A stretch of 64,000 bases of DNA from Deltaproteobacteria bacterium (GTDB taxonomy: Bacteria > Desulfobacterota > Binatia > Binatales > Binataceae): assembly GCA_003135135.1 (NCBI GenBank), contig PLDK01000003.1, positions 1,492 through 65,491 on the forward strand. Direction: 5' to 3'. The position numbers and the translations under genes were made by a program. The notes under the pieces are model-generated. The model saw nothing but the letters and a program-made list of their open reading frames with translations. It had not been told where the DNA came from and ran no database searches. This document shows positions 29,134 to 39,716 of this stretch, in pieces; the first letter of the stretch is position 1, and each line of letters begins with the position of its first letter.

Positions 29134-30129
29134 TCAGAACGGAGTCAGCGGAATGCAGGCGGGACTCAACACGCCGTCGGCATCGGCCGTGCCATAGTCG
29201 TTGGTGACCCAGTGGTTGCCTCCGCACGTGCTGCTCGCGTCGTGGAGATCGTGACCGCTTGTAACACCATTGCCCGATGCGCTTATGAGGTAAACCTGAT
29301 CCATGTTGGTCGATTCACTTGCGTCCAGGAAAATTCCGTCACCGTTGTTGCCAGTGACCGCAGCTGAACCAGCGGTAGCACCTTCGGGCGCATCGCCCAC
29401 CTTAACCTCGGAATTGGAGCCGCAACCCCATGTGCAGCCTACGTGCACGCCAGCGCCACCGTTACCGGTAGCGGTGAACACGCTGATCCTCGGTCCGTCC
29501 GAGCCGGTTACGAGCACTCCATCGGCGCCGTTGCCTGAAGCGCTGAAGTCTGAAATGCCGCACTCATCACCGCAGTTATATATGTAAATACCCTGCTTGC
29601 TATTCGCCGTGGAATCAACATTGGTCCATATTTCCGTCGTGCTCTCGCCAGTGCCGTTCATCTCCAGCCCGACTCCGTTGTCGGTCGTGACGATCGCATC
29701 GCCTGCAGTATTACCTCCCTTATCCAACACACCCACTGCAAACCCCGAGATTACGCTGCCACCGCCTTCGATCACGTCCTCATTGGCTGAGCTTTCGACG
29801 AAGATTCCGTCCCCTGTCGAGGTCCCCGTCCCAGTGTACGTGATGCTGTAACCCTGGAGACTAAGGGTGTTGTCGTGGCCACCGAGAGTGAGGCAGGTGT
29901 TGCCGGCGACAGTCTCGGTGAGGTTATTCTGTACCAGATAGATCGTGTTGTTAGCCGTGTACGACCCGCACGTGGTGATACCCATGGGATCTACGGCGTT
30001 CGCAGACGCATGAGCCTTCTTGGCCCAAGCGGCCTGCGGGCCAGTCAGGACAAGCGCGGCCGTCAAAGCAAGAAAAGATACGCCAGGAGCGCCTATACTT
30101 TGAAAAAACCCTCGTTTGATTGCCTTCAT
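29134..30129 (-). CDS. secreted right-handed beta-helix repeat protein
   Basis: Signal peptide ending AWA; repeated (S/T)GNG.DG(V/I) turns; Gly/Asn/Thr-rich; AAGGAG RBS. Confidence 0.7.
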   Translation of the reverse strand: MKAIKRGFFQSIGAPGVSFLALTAALVLTGPQAAWAKKAHASANAVDPMGITTCGSYTANNTIYLVQNNLTETVAGNTCLTLGGHDNTLSLQGYSITYTGTGTSTGDGIFVESSANEDVIEGGGSVISGFAVGVLDKGGNTAGDAIVTTDNGVGLEMNGTGESTTEIWTNVDSTANSKQGIYIYNCGDECGISDFSASGNGADGVLVTGSDGPRISVFTATGNGGAGVHVGCTWGCGSNSEVKVGDAPEGATAGSAAVTGNNGDGIFLDASESTNMDQVYLISASGNGVTSGHDLHDASSTCGGNHWVTNDYGTADADGVLSPACIPLTPF

Positions 30130-30385
30130 ATCGTTTATGCTCCTTCGCCTTTCTTTCGTTTTCTGTGTGGCGACACCATTAATAAGCGGCTCTTGGCAAC
30201 TCTTGTTCTTGGACGTTTGCTCACGACGTGCCGAGGTAGATTTAGCAATGGTTTAGATCGACGGCGAATCATTTCATTTTGCCTCCCTTGAGTCAAGCGG
30301 TTCTATGACGCCCATTGACGGCTTTGCTATTCGATTTTAGTCGTTAGAAGTCGTAGATTAGGCTCAGCGACGTAAATCTCTACAA

Positions 30386-30549
30386 GTTGTTATCCTGTTG
30401 CCCACAAAACGAAAGCCGGTGTCGCCGATAGATACACTTGCAAAGCGCAGTCGCTGGCCGCTTTCAGTCTACAATTTGTCATCCGGTTGTTATGCTCTTG
30501 CGGACGAGAAGGAAACGGCTGTCACCGATCGATACACTTGCAAGGCGCA
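30386..30549. repeat. 64-bp direct repeat with 100-bp period
   Basis: 30386-30449 vs 30486-30549 match at 50 of 64 positions by hand alignment; the last 30 bp have 3 mismatches. Confidence 0.75.
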
Positions 30550-30590
30550 CTTGGTCCCAGCTCGCGCCTGGGGCTATTGTTGACAACTCT

Positions 30591-31802
30591 GTGGAATTCG
30601 ACGCCCTCCTCGACCTTGCCGGCTTGTCCATCGAAGCGGCGCTCGTGCTGTGCTGCGCGACAACTGCGGCCACGCCCGTGCGCACGGAACTGGCGGCCGA
30701 CCTTGCGCCGCGCGTGCGCAGTTGGGACCGCGTCGTCGATATCGCCAAACGTCATGCGGTGCTCCCGTTAGTACATCGCTATCTGAAACTCGAATGTCCG
30801 ACCGCGGTTCCGGGAGAGGGGCTTGCGAAGCTGCGGACGCAGTGGCAGCTGATCATTCTCTACAACCGTCATCTGACCGCCGAACTTGTGCGCCTGATGG
30901 GCCTGCTGAAAGCGGCTGGAGTTCCGGCTGTCACCTTCAAGGGTCCGGTACTTGCCGCGATGGCATACGGATCGATCGAACTTCGCCAGTTCAGCGATCT
31001 GGATATTCTCGTGCGTCAGACTGACCTGCCCCGGGTCGCCGAAATACTCACCGCCGAACGATATTTGTCGCCACATACCAGGCGCGAAGGTCTCGCCACC
31101 GGCTACTTTCAGGAGTACGAGGACGCCTTCGTCGGACCCGACGGGCTGGGCGCCGTGGACGTTCATTGGAACCTCACGCCGCGGTCGTTCCGTTTCGCCC
31201 CCGACGAGGAAGGCCTGTGGCGGCGCGCGCACGAGGTCGATCTGGAGTTCGGCAAAGCGATGGCGATCGCGCCCGACGACCTGTTGCTGTACATCTGCGT
31301 TCACGCCACGAAGCATGGATGGGTCACGCTCGGATCGATCTGCGATGTCGCCGAGACCGTTCGCGCGCGTCCGGAAATCGATCTGATGAGGATACTCGAC
31401 GAGGCAACCTCACTCGGGAGCCGGCGGATGTTCCTGACCGGCATCTGCCTGGCGCACGAGCTGGTCGGCGCGCCGATTCCCGCCGATCTTGTCACGATAG
31501 CTCGCGACGACCGCGCCGCCCGGGCATTGGCAGGACGCGTGGCGGGGCAACTGTTCAGCGGAGCCACGCAGGGACGGGCAGACTTCGATCCGTGGGCGGT
31601 TCCGATCCGCTCGATCGAGGGCGCACGCGCGCGAATGCGCTACATCGTCCGCCGAATGCTGGCGCCGACGATGGGCGACTACGAACTCATCCCGCTGCCA
31701 GCAGCGCTCTTTCCGCTCTACTGGGTGATTCGGCCGTTTCGGATGGCAGTGCAATACGGGCCGCGGCTGGTCCGCGGCTCTTCGACCAGTTCGAACGCGT
31801 GA
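30591..31802 (+). CDS. nucleotidyltransferase family protein (NTP_transf_5-like)
   Basis: FKGPVLA..AYG...RQFSDLDILV, VDVHW and H.TKHGW motifs. Start chosen at GTG 30591; the track's longer version runs through the repeat. Confidence 0.82.
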   Translation: MEFDALLDLAGLSIEAALVLCCATTAATPVRTELAADLAPRVRSWDRVVDIAKRHAVLPLVHRYLKLECPTAVPGEGLAKLRTQWQLIILYNRHLTAELVRLMGLLKAAGVPAVTFKGPVLAAMAYGSIELRQFSDLDILVRQTDLPRVAEILTAERYLSPHTRREGLATGYFQEYEDAFVGPDGLGAVDVHWNLTPRSFRFAPDEEGLWRRAHEVDLEFGKAMAIAPDDLLLYICVHATKHGWVTLGSICDVAETVRARPEIDLMRILDEATSLGSRRMFLTGICLAHELVGAPIPADLVTIARDDRAARALAGRVAGQLFSGATQGRADFDPWAVPIRSIEGARARMRYIVRRMLAPTMGDYELIPLPAALFPLYWVIRPFRMAVQYGPRLVRGSSTSSNA

Positions 31803-31835
31803 GCAGTCTCAATTTTTGATTTTTTAGTGGATTTT

Positions 31836-31911
31836 TGGTGAGCCGGCCGGGACTTGAACCCGGGACCCTGTGATTAAAAGTCACATGCTCTACCGCCTGA
31901 GCTACCGGCTC
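31836..31911 (-). tRNA. tRNA-Lys(TTT)
   Basis: Reverse complement GAGCCGGTAGCTCAGGCGGTAGAGCATGTGACTTTTAATCACAGGGTCCCGGGTTCAAGTCCCGGCCGGCTCACCA. Confidence 0.96.
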
Positions 31912-32356
31912 GCCCGAGAGGTTTCAATGCTTACAGGTAATTCGAAGCATTGGGAATAGTCGCGACTTCCGAAGTCGGTTCCGCAACTCCGCCCCGCTCT
32001 GATTTCAACTACGCATGTGCCGCGAAAGCTCTATTATTAGATAGTTAAATTAGCTCAAAGCGCGGCGTAGCGTTACCAGAAGAGCGACCGAGATGAGGGC
32101 GGTGAAGGCGCGGGGTTATGTCATTTTCTATCAAATTTTCTAGCCAGCGCCGTCATGGTTGCACCGCGCTCATCACGGTGAAAAGCGCAATGACTAAACA
32201 CAAGTTGACTAGCTTTTGCCCAAATTCGGCAATTTCTGCGCTGACCATCTTGACAGGCTAGCCCCTACTAGAATATATCCAAACCCTACAAATTAGTAGA
32301 GCAGGTTTAGGAAATAAGCGGAAGTTAGAAGAGTCAGCGCTCGAGGGGAACTGAAG

Positions 32357-33580
32357 ATGCGCCTACATGAGTACTCGGCGAAAGGATCGCCGGTCGCGAC
32401 TGCGAGGCAGAATCTTGGCGCCCAGCCGGCGGACGCAACGTCCGAGTGGTTGAGCCTGGCGGATCTTGCGCACGGGTCGGAACGGATTGGCGGGGCGGTG
32501 GTGCGGTCGGCGCACGCGCGCAAAATACTCAAAACCATTTCACGCTTGAGTCCGTACAAGGCAACGGTCCTGATTCACGGCGAATCCGGAACCGGGAAGG
32601 AACTGGTCGCGCGCGCGCTGCATACGATGGGCTCGGCGCCAAACGGTCCGTTCGTGACCTTCAATTGCTCCAACCTGGTCGAGTCGCTGGCAGAGTCGCA
32701 GCTTTTCGGTCATGTGCGCGGCGCATTCACCGATGCCCGCGAGGATTCGCTCGGCTATTTTCGCTCCGCCAACGGCGGAACTCTATTTCTGGACGAAGTC
32801 GGCGAGCTTCCGCTGCGCCTGCAGCCCAAGCTGCTGCGCGCGCTCGATACCCACGAGATTCAGCCGGTCGGTTCTTCACGCACCTACTCGGTTGATATTC
32901 GGCTGGTCGCGGCAAGCAATCGCGACCTGCACGCGATGGTCAAGGCGGGGCAATTCCGCGACGACCTCTACTACCGCCTTAACGCGGCGGCAATCCTGGT
33001 TCCGCCGCTTCGCGAGCGGCGCGAGGCAATCCCGGCCTTCATCGCTCATTTTATCGAGCACTTCAACCGCCTGTTCGGCAAAGATATAAAGCTCGTTTCG
33101 CGGATCGCCTTGGACGCACTGTACGCCGACCCGTGGCCCGGCAACGTCCGCGAGCTCAGCCATGCAATCGAGAGCGCGGTGCTGATGACCGAAAACGATC
33201 GTATCGATCTCGACGACCTGCCTTTGCGCCACCACGATGCGAATCCGGAAGTGGTGGGCGAGTCGGTCGAGAAGGTGCTGCAAAACGGCGGGCTCAATCT
33301 CGACGGCGGGCCCAATGGCGACGGGATTGACTGCGAGAAGGCGTCGAAGCGGTGCTTCGAAATGGCGAGCTGGCCCTACTCGCTCGACGCGGTAATCCGC
33401 GAGGCCTCGAAAGTCGCGCTGGTTCGCGCGCTGGAAGCGACCGAGGGCAATTGCCATCGCGCGGCCGAGTTGCTGGGCGTATCGCGCTACACGGTTTACC
33501 GAATGCTGAACCGGTATGGCCTGGGCGAAGGCCATACCTACAGGACGCTGCGCAAGTCGACTGTACGCCGCGCGTCTTGA
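32357..33580 (+). CDS. sigma54-dependent activator without a sensor domain (paralog of 4131-5291)
   Basis: GESGTGKE, GAFTDA and WPGNVREL motifs; C-terminal AAELLGVSRYTVYR. Confidence 0.9.
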   Translation: MRLHEYSAKGSPVATARQNLGAQPADATSEWLSLADLAHGSERIGGAVVRSAHARKILKTISRLSPYKATVLIHGESGTGKELVARALHTMGSAPNGPFVTFNCSNLVESLAESQLFGHVRGAFTDAREDSLGYFRSANGGTLFLDEVGELPLRLQPKLLRALDTHEIQPVGSSRTYSVDIRLVAASNRDLHAMVKAGQFRDDLYYRLNAAAILVPPLRERREAIPAFIAHFIEHFNRLFGKDIKLVSRIALDALYADPWPGNVRELSHAIESAVLMTENDRIDLDDLPLRHHDANPEVVGESVEKVLQNGGLNLDGGPNGDGIDCEKASKRCFEMASWPYSLDAVIREASKVALVRALEATEGNCHRAAELLGVSRYTVYRMLNRYGLGEGHTYRTLRKSTVRRAS

Positions 33581-33840
33581 ATCTCCTCTGACGGCCTCTC
33601 CCGGTTTGCGACTGGCGACCTACTCGCCAGCCGCGGAGGCGGCTATTACCTCAAGCGGATAAGCCGAAGAAAAAACGACGGGATTTCCCGAAAGATGGAC
33701 AGTACGCGATCGATCCTGTACACCTGACTCGGTTGCACGAGGTCAGGTCCTGGAGCCGTGAACGGGAAGCGACCTGACAGGCTCTGTGAGTTGTTGAGCA
33801 CGCTGCGCCCGCGGACGGCGCAGTAAAGGGAAAGGCGCGC

Positions 33841-33981
33841 ATGCCGCTCGAAACATCGCGCGACGAATTCTGCGAAGAAGACCTACCTCCGCCTACCGGC
33901 ACGATCTTCATATTAGGAACGTACATGCTGGTGCTCGCCGTGAGCTGGGCCGTGATGTTCTGGATGCTGCTGGATAGATAA
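33841..33981 (+). CDS. cytochrome ba3-type oxidase subunit IIa (single TM)
   Basis: Missed by the track. MPLETSRDEFCEEDLPPPTGTIFILGTYMLVLAVSWAVMFWMLLDR shows the P.GT...W...Y/F...R pattern; its stop abuts the subunit II ATG. Confidence 0.75.
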   Translation: MPLETSRDEFCEEDLPPPTGTIFILGTYMLVLAVSWAVMFWMLLDR

Positions 33982-34464
33982 ATGGAACGGTACGAGAAGG
34001 CCTTTCTTGCGGCATGCGCGGTAATACTGGTGATTTTTCTGGGCGCGCTTGCCTACGGCAGCGTCGCGATGGGCGTGCATCTTCCTTCGCGTGGCGGGCT
34101 GATCTATTGCGGGGTCGGCCAGAAGCTTCGCAAGGTGCTAAGCAAAACGCCACCTTTCGATCACCCCGGAGTGCAGGAAATCGCGCCGGGGAAATACCGG
34201 GCGGTGGTGATCGCGAAGACCTGGACCTTCGCTCCCAATGAGATCGACCTTCCGGTCGGCGCCGAGGTGAGCTTCGTCGCAACGTCGGTTGACGTGATTC
34301 ACGGATTTTTCATCGTCGGCACGCGGGTCAACGTGATGCTCGTTCCCGGGGAGATTTCTCAATTCGACTATCGCTTTACCAAACCCGGCGAATACCTGCT
34401 GATATGCCAGGAATACTGTGGCGAGCTGCATCAGACGATGTCCGGGAAGGTGGTGGTCAAATGA
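33982..34464 (+). CDS. cbaB: cytochrome c oxidase subunit II (ba3-type, CuA)
   Basis: One TM; DVIHGF and CQEYCGELHQTM CuA motifs. Confidence 0.88.
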   Translation: MERYEKAFLAACAVILVIFLGALAYGSVAMGVHLPSRGGLIYCGVGQKLRKVLSKTPPFDHPGVQEIAPGKYRAVVIAKTWTFAPNEIDLPVGAEVSFVATSVDVIHGFFIVGTRVNVMLVPGEISQFDYRFTKPGEYLLICQEYCGELHQTMSGKVVVK

Positions 34465-36122
34465 GTACGGCTATCGTCTCGGAGCCGTCCGGCTTCGCCC
34501 TGCCGCAGGACCAGTTGAACGTTATCAAATGGAACATCTATTTCGGGTTCGCGGTGCTTGCGGTCGGCGTCATCATGGGGCTGGGTCAGGCGCTCAGTTA
34601 CGCGCGCGTGAACGTCTTCCCGTACTACCCGGTAGTGAAATCCTACTACCAGGCACTAACGATTCATGGGGTGTTCAACGCGCTGGTGCTCACGACGGCG
34701 TTCGCCAACGGCTTTATCGCGCTGACCACGGCGCGAGGTTTCGGGCGCAAGCTCAATAATGCGCTGCTGCATGCGGCGTTCTGGACGCTTTTTGCCGGCT
34801 CGATCCTGGCGGCGTATGCGATGTTCGCCGACAAGGCCTCGGTCCTGTACACCTTCTACCCGCCGCTGGAAGCCGACTGGACGTTCTACCTGGGCCTCGC
34901 GTTGGTGGTGGTGAGCACGTGGATAACCTCGGCGGCTCAGCTCGTGGCGCTGCGCGGATGGCGCAAGGATCATCCGGGCGAGCGAGTGCCGCTGCTCGCC
35001 TTCATGTCGATCGCAACCTACGTGATGTGGGATATCGCATCGGTGGGCCTGGCCGTAGAGGTCGTGGTGTTCCTGCTGCCATGGTCGCTGGGATTGCTTC
35101 CGGGCGTCGATCCGATGCTCGATCGCACGCTGTTCTGGTTCACGGGGCATCCGATCGTGTACTTCTGGCTGCTGCCGGTTTACGTTTCATGGTACGGACT
35201 GATTCCCAAACAGGCCGGCGGCGTGCTGTTCAGCGACACCGTGACGCGGGTGGCCTTCATACTTTTTATCCTGCTGATCCCGGTCGGTTTTCATCATCAG
35301 TTCATGGACCCGGGAGTATCGCAGGGACTGAAGTTCACCGTCGCGGCCATGACCTTCGCGATTTTCTTCCCCAGCCTGATAACGGCGTTCTCGGTAATGT
35401 ATGCGCTCGAGATCGGGGGACGCCGTCGTGGCGGGAAGGGGCTGATTGGTTGGTTTTTCAAGATTCCATGGAGCGATCCGTCGGTGGCGGCGCAGGTGCT
35501 GGCGATGATCGCATTCCTGCTCGGCGGCATCTCCGGCCTGATGAACGGGAGCTACACGATGAACATGGAGATTCACAACACCGCGTTTATATCGGGCCAT
35601 TTTCATCAAACCATCGGCTGCGCGGTGGCCCTCTCCTACATGGGAATTGCATATTGGCTGATACCGTATCTCGAGCGGCGCGAGCTATGGTCGGCGCGCC
35701 TGGCACTGTTCCAGGCATTTTTGTATTTCTTCGCAGTGATGATTTTCTCCAACGGCCTGGAAGCCGGAGGTCTGGAGGGAATGCCGCGGCGCACCGACAT
35801 GGTGCATGCAACCTACGGCCTGGCGGCGTGGAAGATTCCGGGAATCATGACCGCCTTCGGCGGAACGCTGATGTTCGTGAGCGCGATGCTGTTCTTTTTC
35901 ATCGTGGTGATGACGATAGTTGCCGGCAAAAAGGCCTCGCAGCGCGACCTTCCGTTTACCGCGACGGTCCAGGCGCCACCCACCGTCGGATGGCAGCCGC
36001 GGCTCGATCGGCTTAGCTACTGGGTTGCGGCTTCGGTCGTCCTGACAATCGCGGTCTATGGCCCATTTATCCTCGAACACTTCCCGCCCAGCCTCACGAC
36101 CCAGGGCCTGCTCTATCCTTAG
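34461..36122 (+). CDS. cbaA: heme-copper oxidase subunit I, B-family (ba3-type)
   Basis: YYQALTIHG, LYTFYPPL, FWFTGHPIVY, GFHHQF, IHNT..GHFH and GMPRR motifs. Confidence 0.9.
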   Translation: MSTAIVSEPSGFALPQDQLNVIKWNIYFGFAVLAVGVIMGLGQALSYARVNVFPYYPVVKSYYQALTIHGVFNALVLTTAFANGFIALTTARGFGRKLNNALLHAAFWTLFAGSILAAYAMFADKASVLYTFYPPLEADWTFYLGLALVVVSTWITSAAQLVALRGWRKDHPGERVPLLAFMSIATYVMWDIASVGLAVEVVVFLLPWSLGLLPGVDPMLDRTLFWFTGHPIVYFWLLPVYVSWYGLIPKQAGGVLFSDTVTRVAFILFILLIPVGFHHQFMDPGVSQGLKFTVAAMTFAIFFPSLITAFSVMYALEIGGRRRGGKGLIGWFFKIPWSDPSVAAQVLAMIAFLLGGISGLMNGSYTMNMEIHNTAFISGHFHQTIGCAVALSYMGIAYWLIPYLERRELWSARLALFQAFLYFFAVMIFSNGLEAGGLEGMPRRTDMVHATYGLAAWKIPGIMTAFGGTLMFVSAMLFFFIVVMTIVAGKKASQRDLPFTATVQAPPTVGWQPRLDRLSYWVAASVVLTIAVYGPFILEHFPPSLTTQGLLYP

Positions 36123-36275
36123 CAGGCTGTTGAAAAAGTAGTTTTCAACGCCTGCTCCCTCTCTCTTGTCTCCCCCAGAGGGGGAGATGTTGTAGGTAAG
36201 AAGCCATCTTTTACGCAGGGTGTTGAACGGTTCGAGACCCTAACTACGCTTCGATATGAGTTTATCAACACCCTG
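36121..36275. mobile_element. MITE/IS-end-like inverted repeat remnants
   Basis: AGCAGGCTGTTGAAAA...TTTTCAAC-GCCTGCT (36121-36156) and CAGGGTGTTGA...TCAACACCCTG (36216-36275); no transposase. Confidence 0.45.
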
Positions 36276-36397
36276 TTGGAGCCTGAGCCGGTCGGCTTCA
36301 TCACCCGCCGGTTGAGCCGGTTGGCACAAGCCGTGTAACCTACCGGCAAAGGGCCCGCGCGGCCTGCCAAAAAACCATGAGAGAGCCAAGCTAAACG

Positions 36398-37372
36398 GTG
36401 CCTCGCGTTTCGGTAATCATTCCCGCGTACAACGCGGCCTCGACTATCGCCGGCACCTTGGACAGCGTAATCGGGCAGACCTTCCAGGATTTTGAAATCA
36501 TTTGCGTTGACGACGGCTCGACCGATCGAACCCGCGCAATCGTTGAACAGTACGCCCGGGACTGCGGCGACCGCCTGAGGCTTATCGAGCAGGCCAACAG
36601 CGGACCGGCGGCGGGGCGCAACAATGGCGCGCGGCATGCGACGGGCGAGTATCTCGCTTTTCTTGATGCCGACGACGTCTGGACGGCGCCGATGCTCGAG
36701 CGGACGGTGGCGGTTCTGGACGCCGCCCCCCTGCTCTCGCTGGTGTATTGCAACGCGGCGCTCGCCGACAGCGAAGGCGTGGCGCTGGATACGTCGCTGG
36801 TCGGCAAAGGCTTCGACCATCCGCCGTCGCTGCATGAACTGCTGACGCGGCTGTGGCCGATAATGCCGAGCGCGGCGCTGGTGCGGCGCTGCGCGTACGA
36901 AAAATGCGGCGGCTATCGCGACGAATTGCGCGGCGCGAGCTTCCGCTTCGAGGACGTAGATTTCTGGATCAAGATGCGCGAGCAGGGGCCGTTCGGCTAT
37001 ATCGCCGAGCCGCTGGTGATATGGCGGTTCGCATGGTTTCCGAAGCAGCTCAAGCGGTTGCCTGACTATTCGAAAGCGTTGCACGTTTTCGAGGCGTATC
37101 TGCAGGAGCGTTACGGGGTTTCCGCGGCGCCGCTGGTAAAGGCACGGACGCGGGCTCCACGGAGTATCCTGGCGACGATAGGATTGAAGGCGCTTCGCGA
37201 CGGCGATCGCCCCAGGGCGCGGGCGGCGTTCGCGCGCGCGATCAGGGTGGATCCCTACCGGCTGAAGAACTACCTGCGCTGGATGAGGACGTTTCTGCCG
37301 GATCGGCTGGCGCAGAATCTATCGGGTAAAAGTTCTCGGCGTGCTCGATCTGGCGGCGCGTATCAGGAATAA
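36398..37372 (+). CDS. family 2 glycosyltransferase
   Basis: VSVIIPAYN, VDDGSTD and AFLDADD motifs. Confidence 0.9.
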   Translation: MPRVSVIIPAYNAASTIAGTLDSVIGQTFQDFEIICVDDGSTDRTRAIVEQYARDCGDRLRLIEQANSGPAAGRNNGARHATGEYLAFLDADDVWTAPMLERTVAVLDAAPLLSLVYCNAALADSEGVALDTSLVGKGFDHPPSLHELLTRLWPIMPSAALVRRCAYEKCGGYRDELRGASFRFEDVDFWIKMREQGPFGYIAEPLVIWRFAWFPKQLKRLPDYSKALHVFEAYLQERYGVSAAPLVKARTRAPRSILATIGLKALRDGDRPRARAAFARAIRVDPYRLKNYLRWMRTFLPDRLAQNLSGKSSRRARSGGAYQE

Positions 37373-38665
<1,293 letters not shown>

Positions 38666-38750
38666 GGAAGCTGCGCTCGATCCGCAAGTAACTTTTCAGG
38701 TGGCGCGGATCGCGCGATAGTCACTACCTTCGAAGATCGAACCGCACAGG

Positions 38751-39716
38751 CTATCGACTGTCACGGGAACGATCGAGTGCGCGAATAATGCTCATCGGGA
38801 GTAGCGTTCGCGCGATCCTCAAATATGTCTTGAACGCCGTGCGATCATAAGAGAGCGAGCGAATCAGGCATTTGCGCGCGGCGGCTCGATTACCCTTGCT
38901 GAGTTCAGCAAGGCCAGTATTTCTGAGGATACGGACTTTGTGTTGGGTGTAACTCTGAAGAACTCCAGACGCGCGATCTCCATATCGAGATCGAATCGAG
39001 CGCACGAAGAGCTCGCCGCGGCTGTCTCGCCTGAGCACTTTGGGATATAGCGGGCCCATCGTGAACCGCGTCAGCTTTTCGGGCAAATAGCTGAACTCGC
39101 CTTGTTCGCGAATACGAATCCAGAAGTCCAGGTCCTCGCTGAATCCTTCGGCAAAACGGCCGCATTTTTCATAGGCCGCGCGACGCATCACGACCGTGCT
39201 TGGCATGATCGGCCACAAACGGCTGAGCATCTCGTCGAGGGTGGGAGGATGCGCTGTTTGCGCATCGACGGGCGAAGTACCGAGGTCCCGGCCAGCGGTG
39301 TCGCAATTGGAAACATCCGTATAGACCAGTGCGACTTGCGGGGACTTGTCGAGAATCGCGATCGACTTTTCGAGTTTGGTTGGCAGCCAGAAATCATCTG
39401 CGTCCAACAACGCGAGATACTCGGCTTTCGACTTTGCGATTCCGGCGTTGCGGGCGGCGCAAAATCCCTGGTTGGGCTGCCGAATGATCACGATCCTGGA
39501 ACCAAACCGTTCAAGTATGGAAGCCGTTGCGTCGGTCGAGCCGTCATCGACGACGACGACCTCGTAGTCGGTGACGGTTTGATCGAAGATGCTCTGGAGC
39601 ACAAGGCTAATCGTGGCGGCCCCGTTATAAACCGGGATTATTACCGAGACGCGCGGGGCGCGTCCGCCGGATGTTGACGCGGCAGATGTCATCCGCGCCG
39701 GCTCAGGCCTCGCCAT
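38751..39716 (-). CDS. family 2 glycosyltransferase
   Basis: VSVIIPVYN, VDDGSTD and LLDADD motifs. Confidence 0.9.
   Translation of the reverse strand: MARPEPARMTSAASTSGGRAPRVSVIIPVYNGAATISLVLQSIFDQTVTDYEVVVVDDGSTDATASILERFGSRIVIIRQPNQGFCAARNAGIAKSKAEYLALLDADDFWLPTKLEKSIAILDKSPQVALVYTDVSNCDTAGRDLGTSPVDAQTAHPPTLDEMLSRLWPIMPSTVVMRRAAYEKCGRFAEGFSEDLDFWIRIREQGEFSYLPEKLTRFTMGPLYPKVLRRDSRGELFVRSIRSRYGDRASGVLQSYTQHKVRILRNTGLAELSKGNRAAARKCLIRSLSYDRTAFKTYLRIARTLLPMSIIRALDRSRDSR

Noticed and set aside
30235-30290. c-di-GMP-I riboswitch upstream of the beta-helix gene (GGCAAA...CTAAACCATTGC on the minus strand)
   Set aside because: The GAAA tetraloop stem and GACGCAAA junction are missing. An Infernal/Rfam search would be needed to settle it.
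23800-31911. tRNA-Lys-integrated island with att repeats
   Set aside because: I found no second copy of the tRNA 3' end and no integrase by eye; only adjacency is supported.
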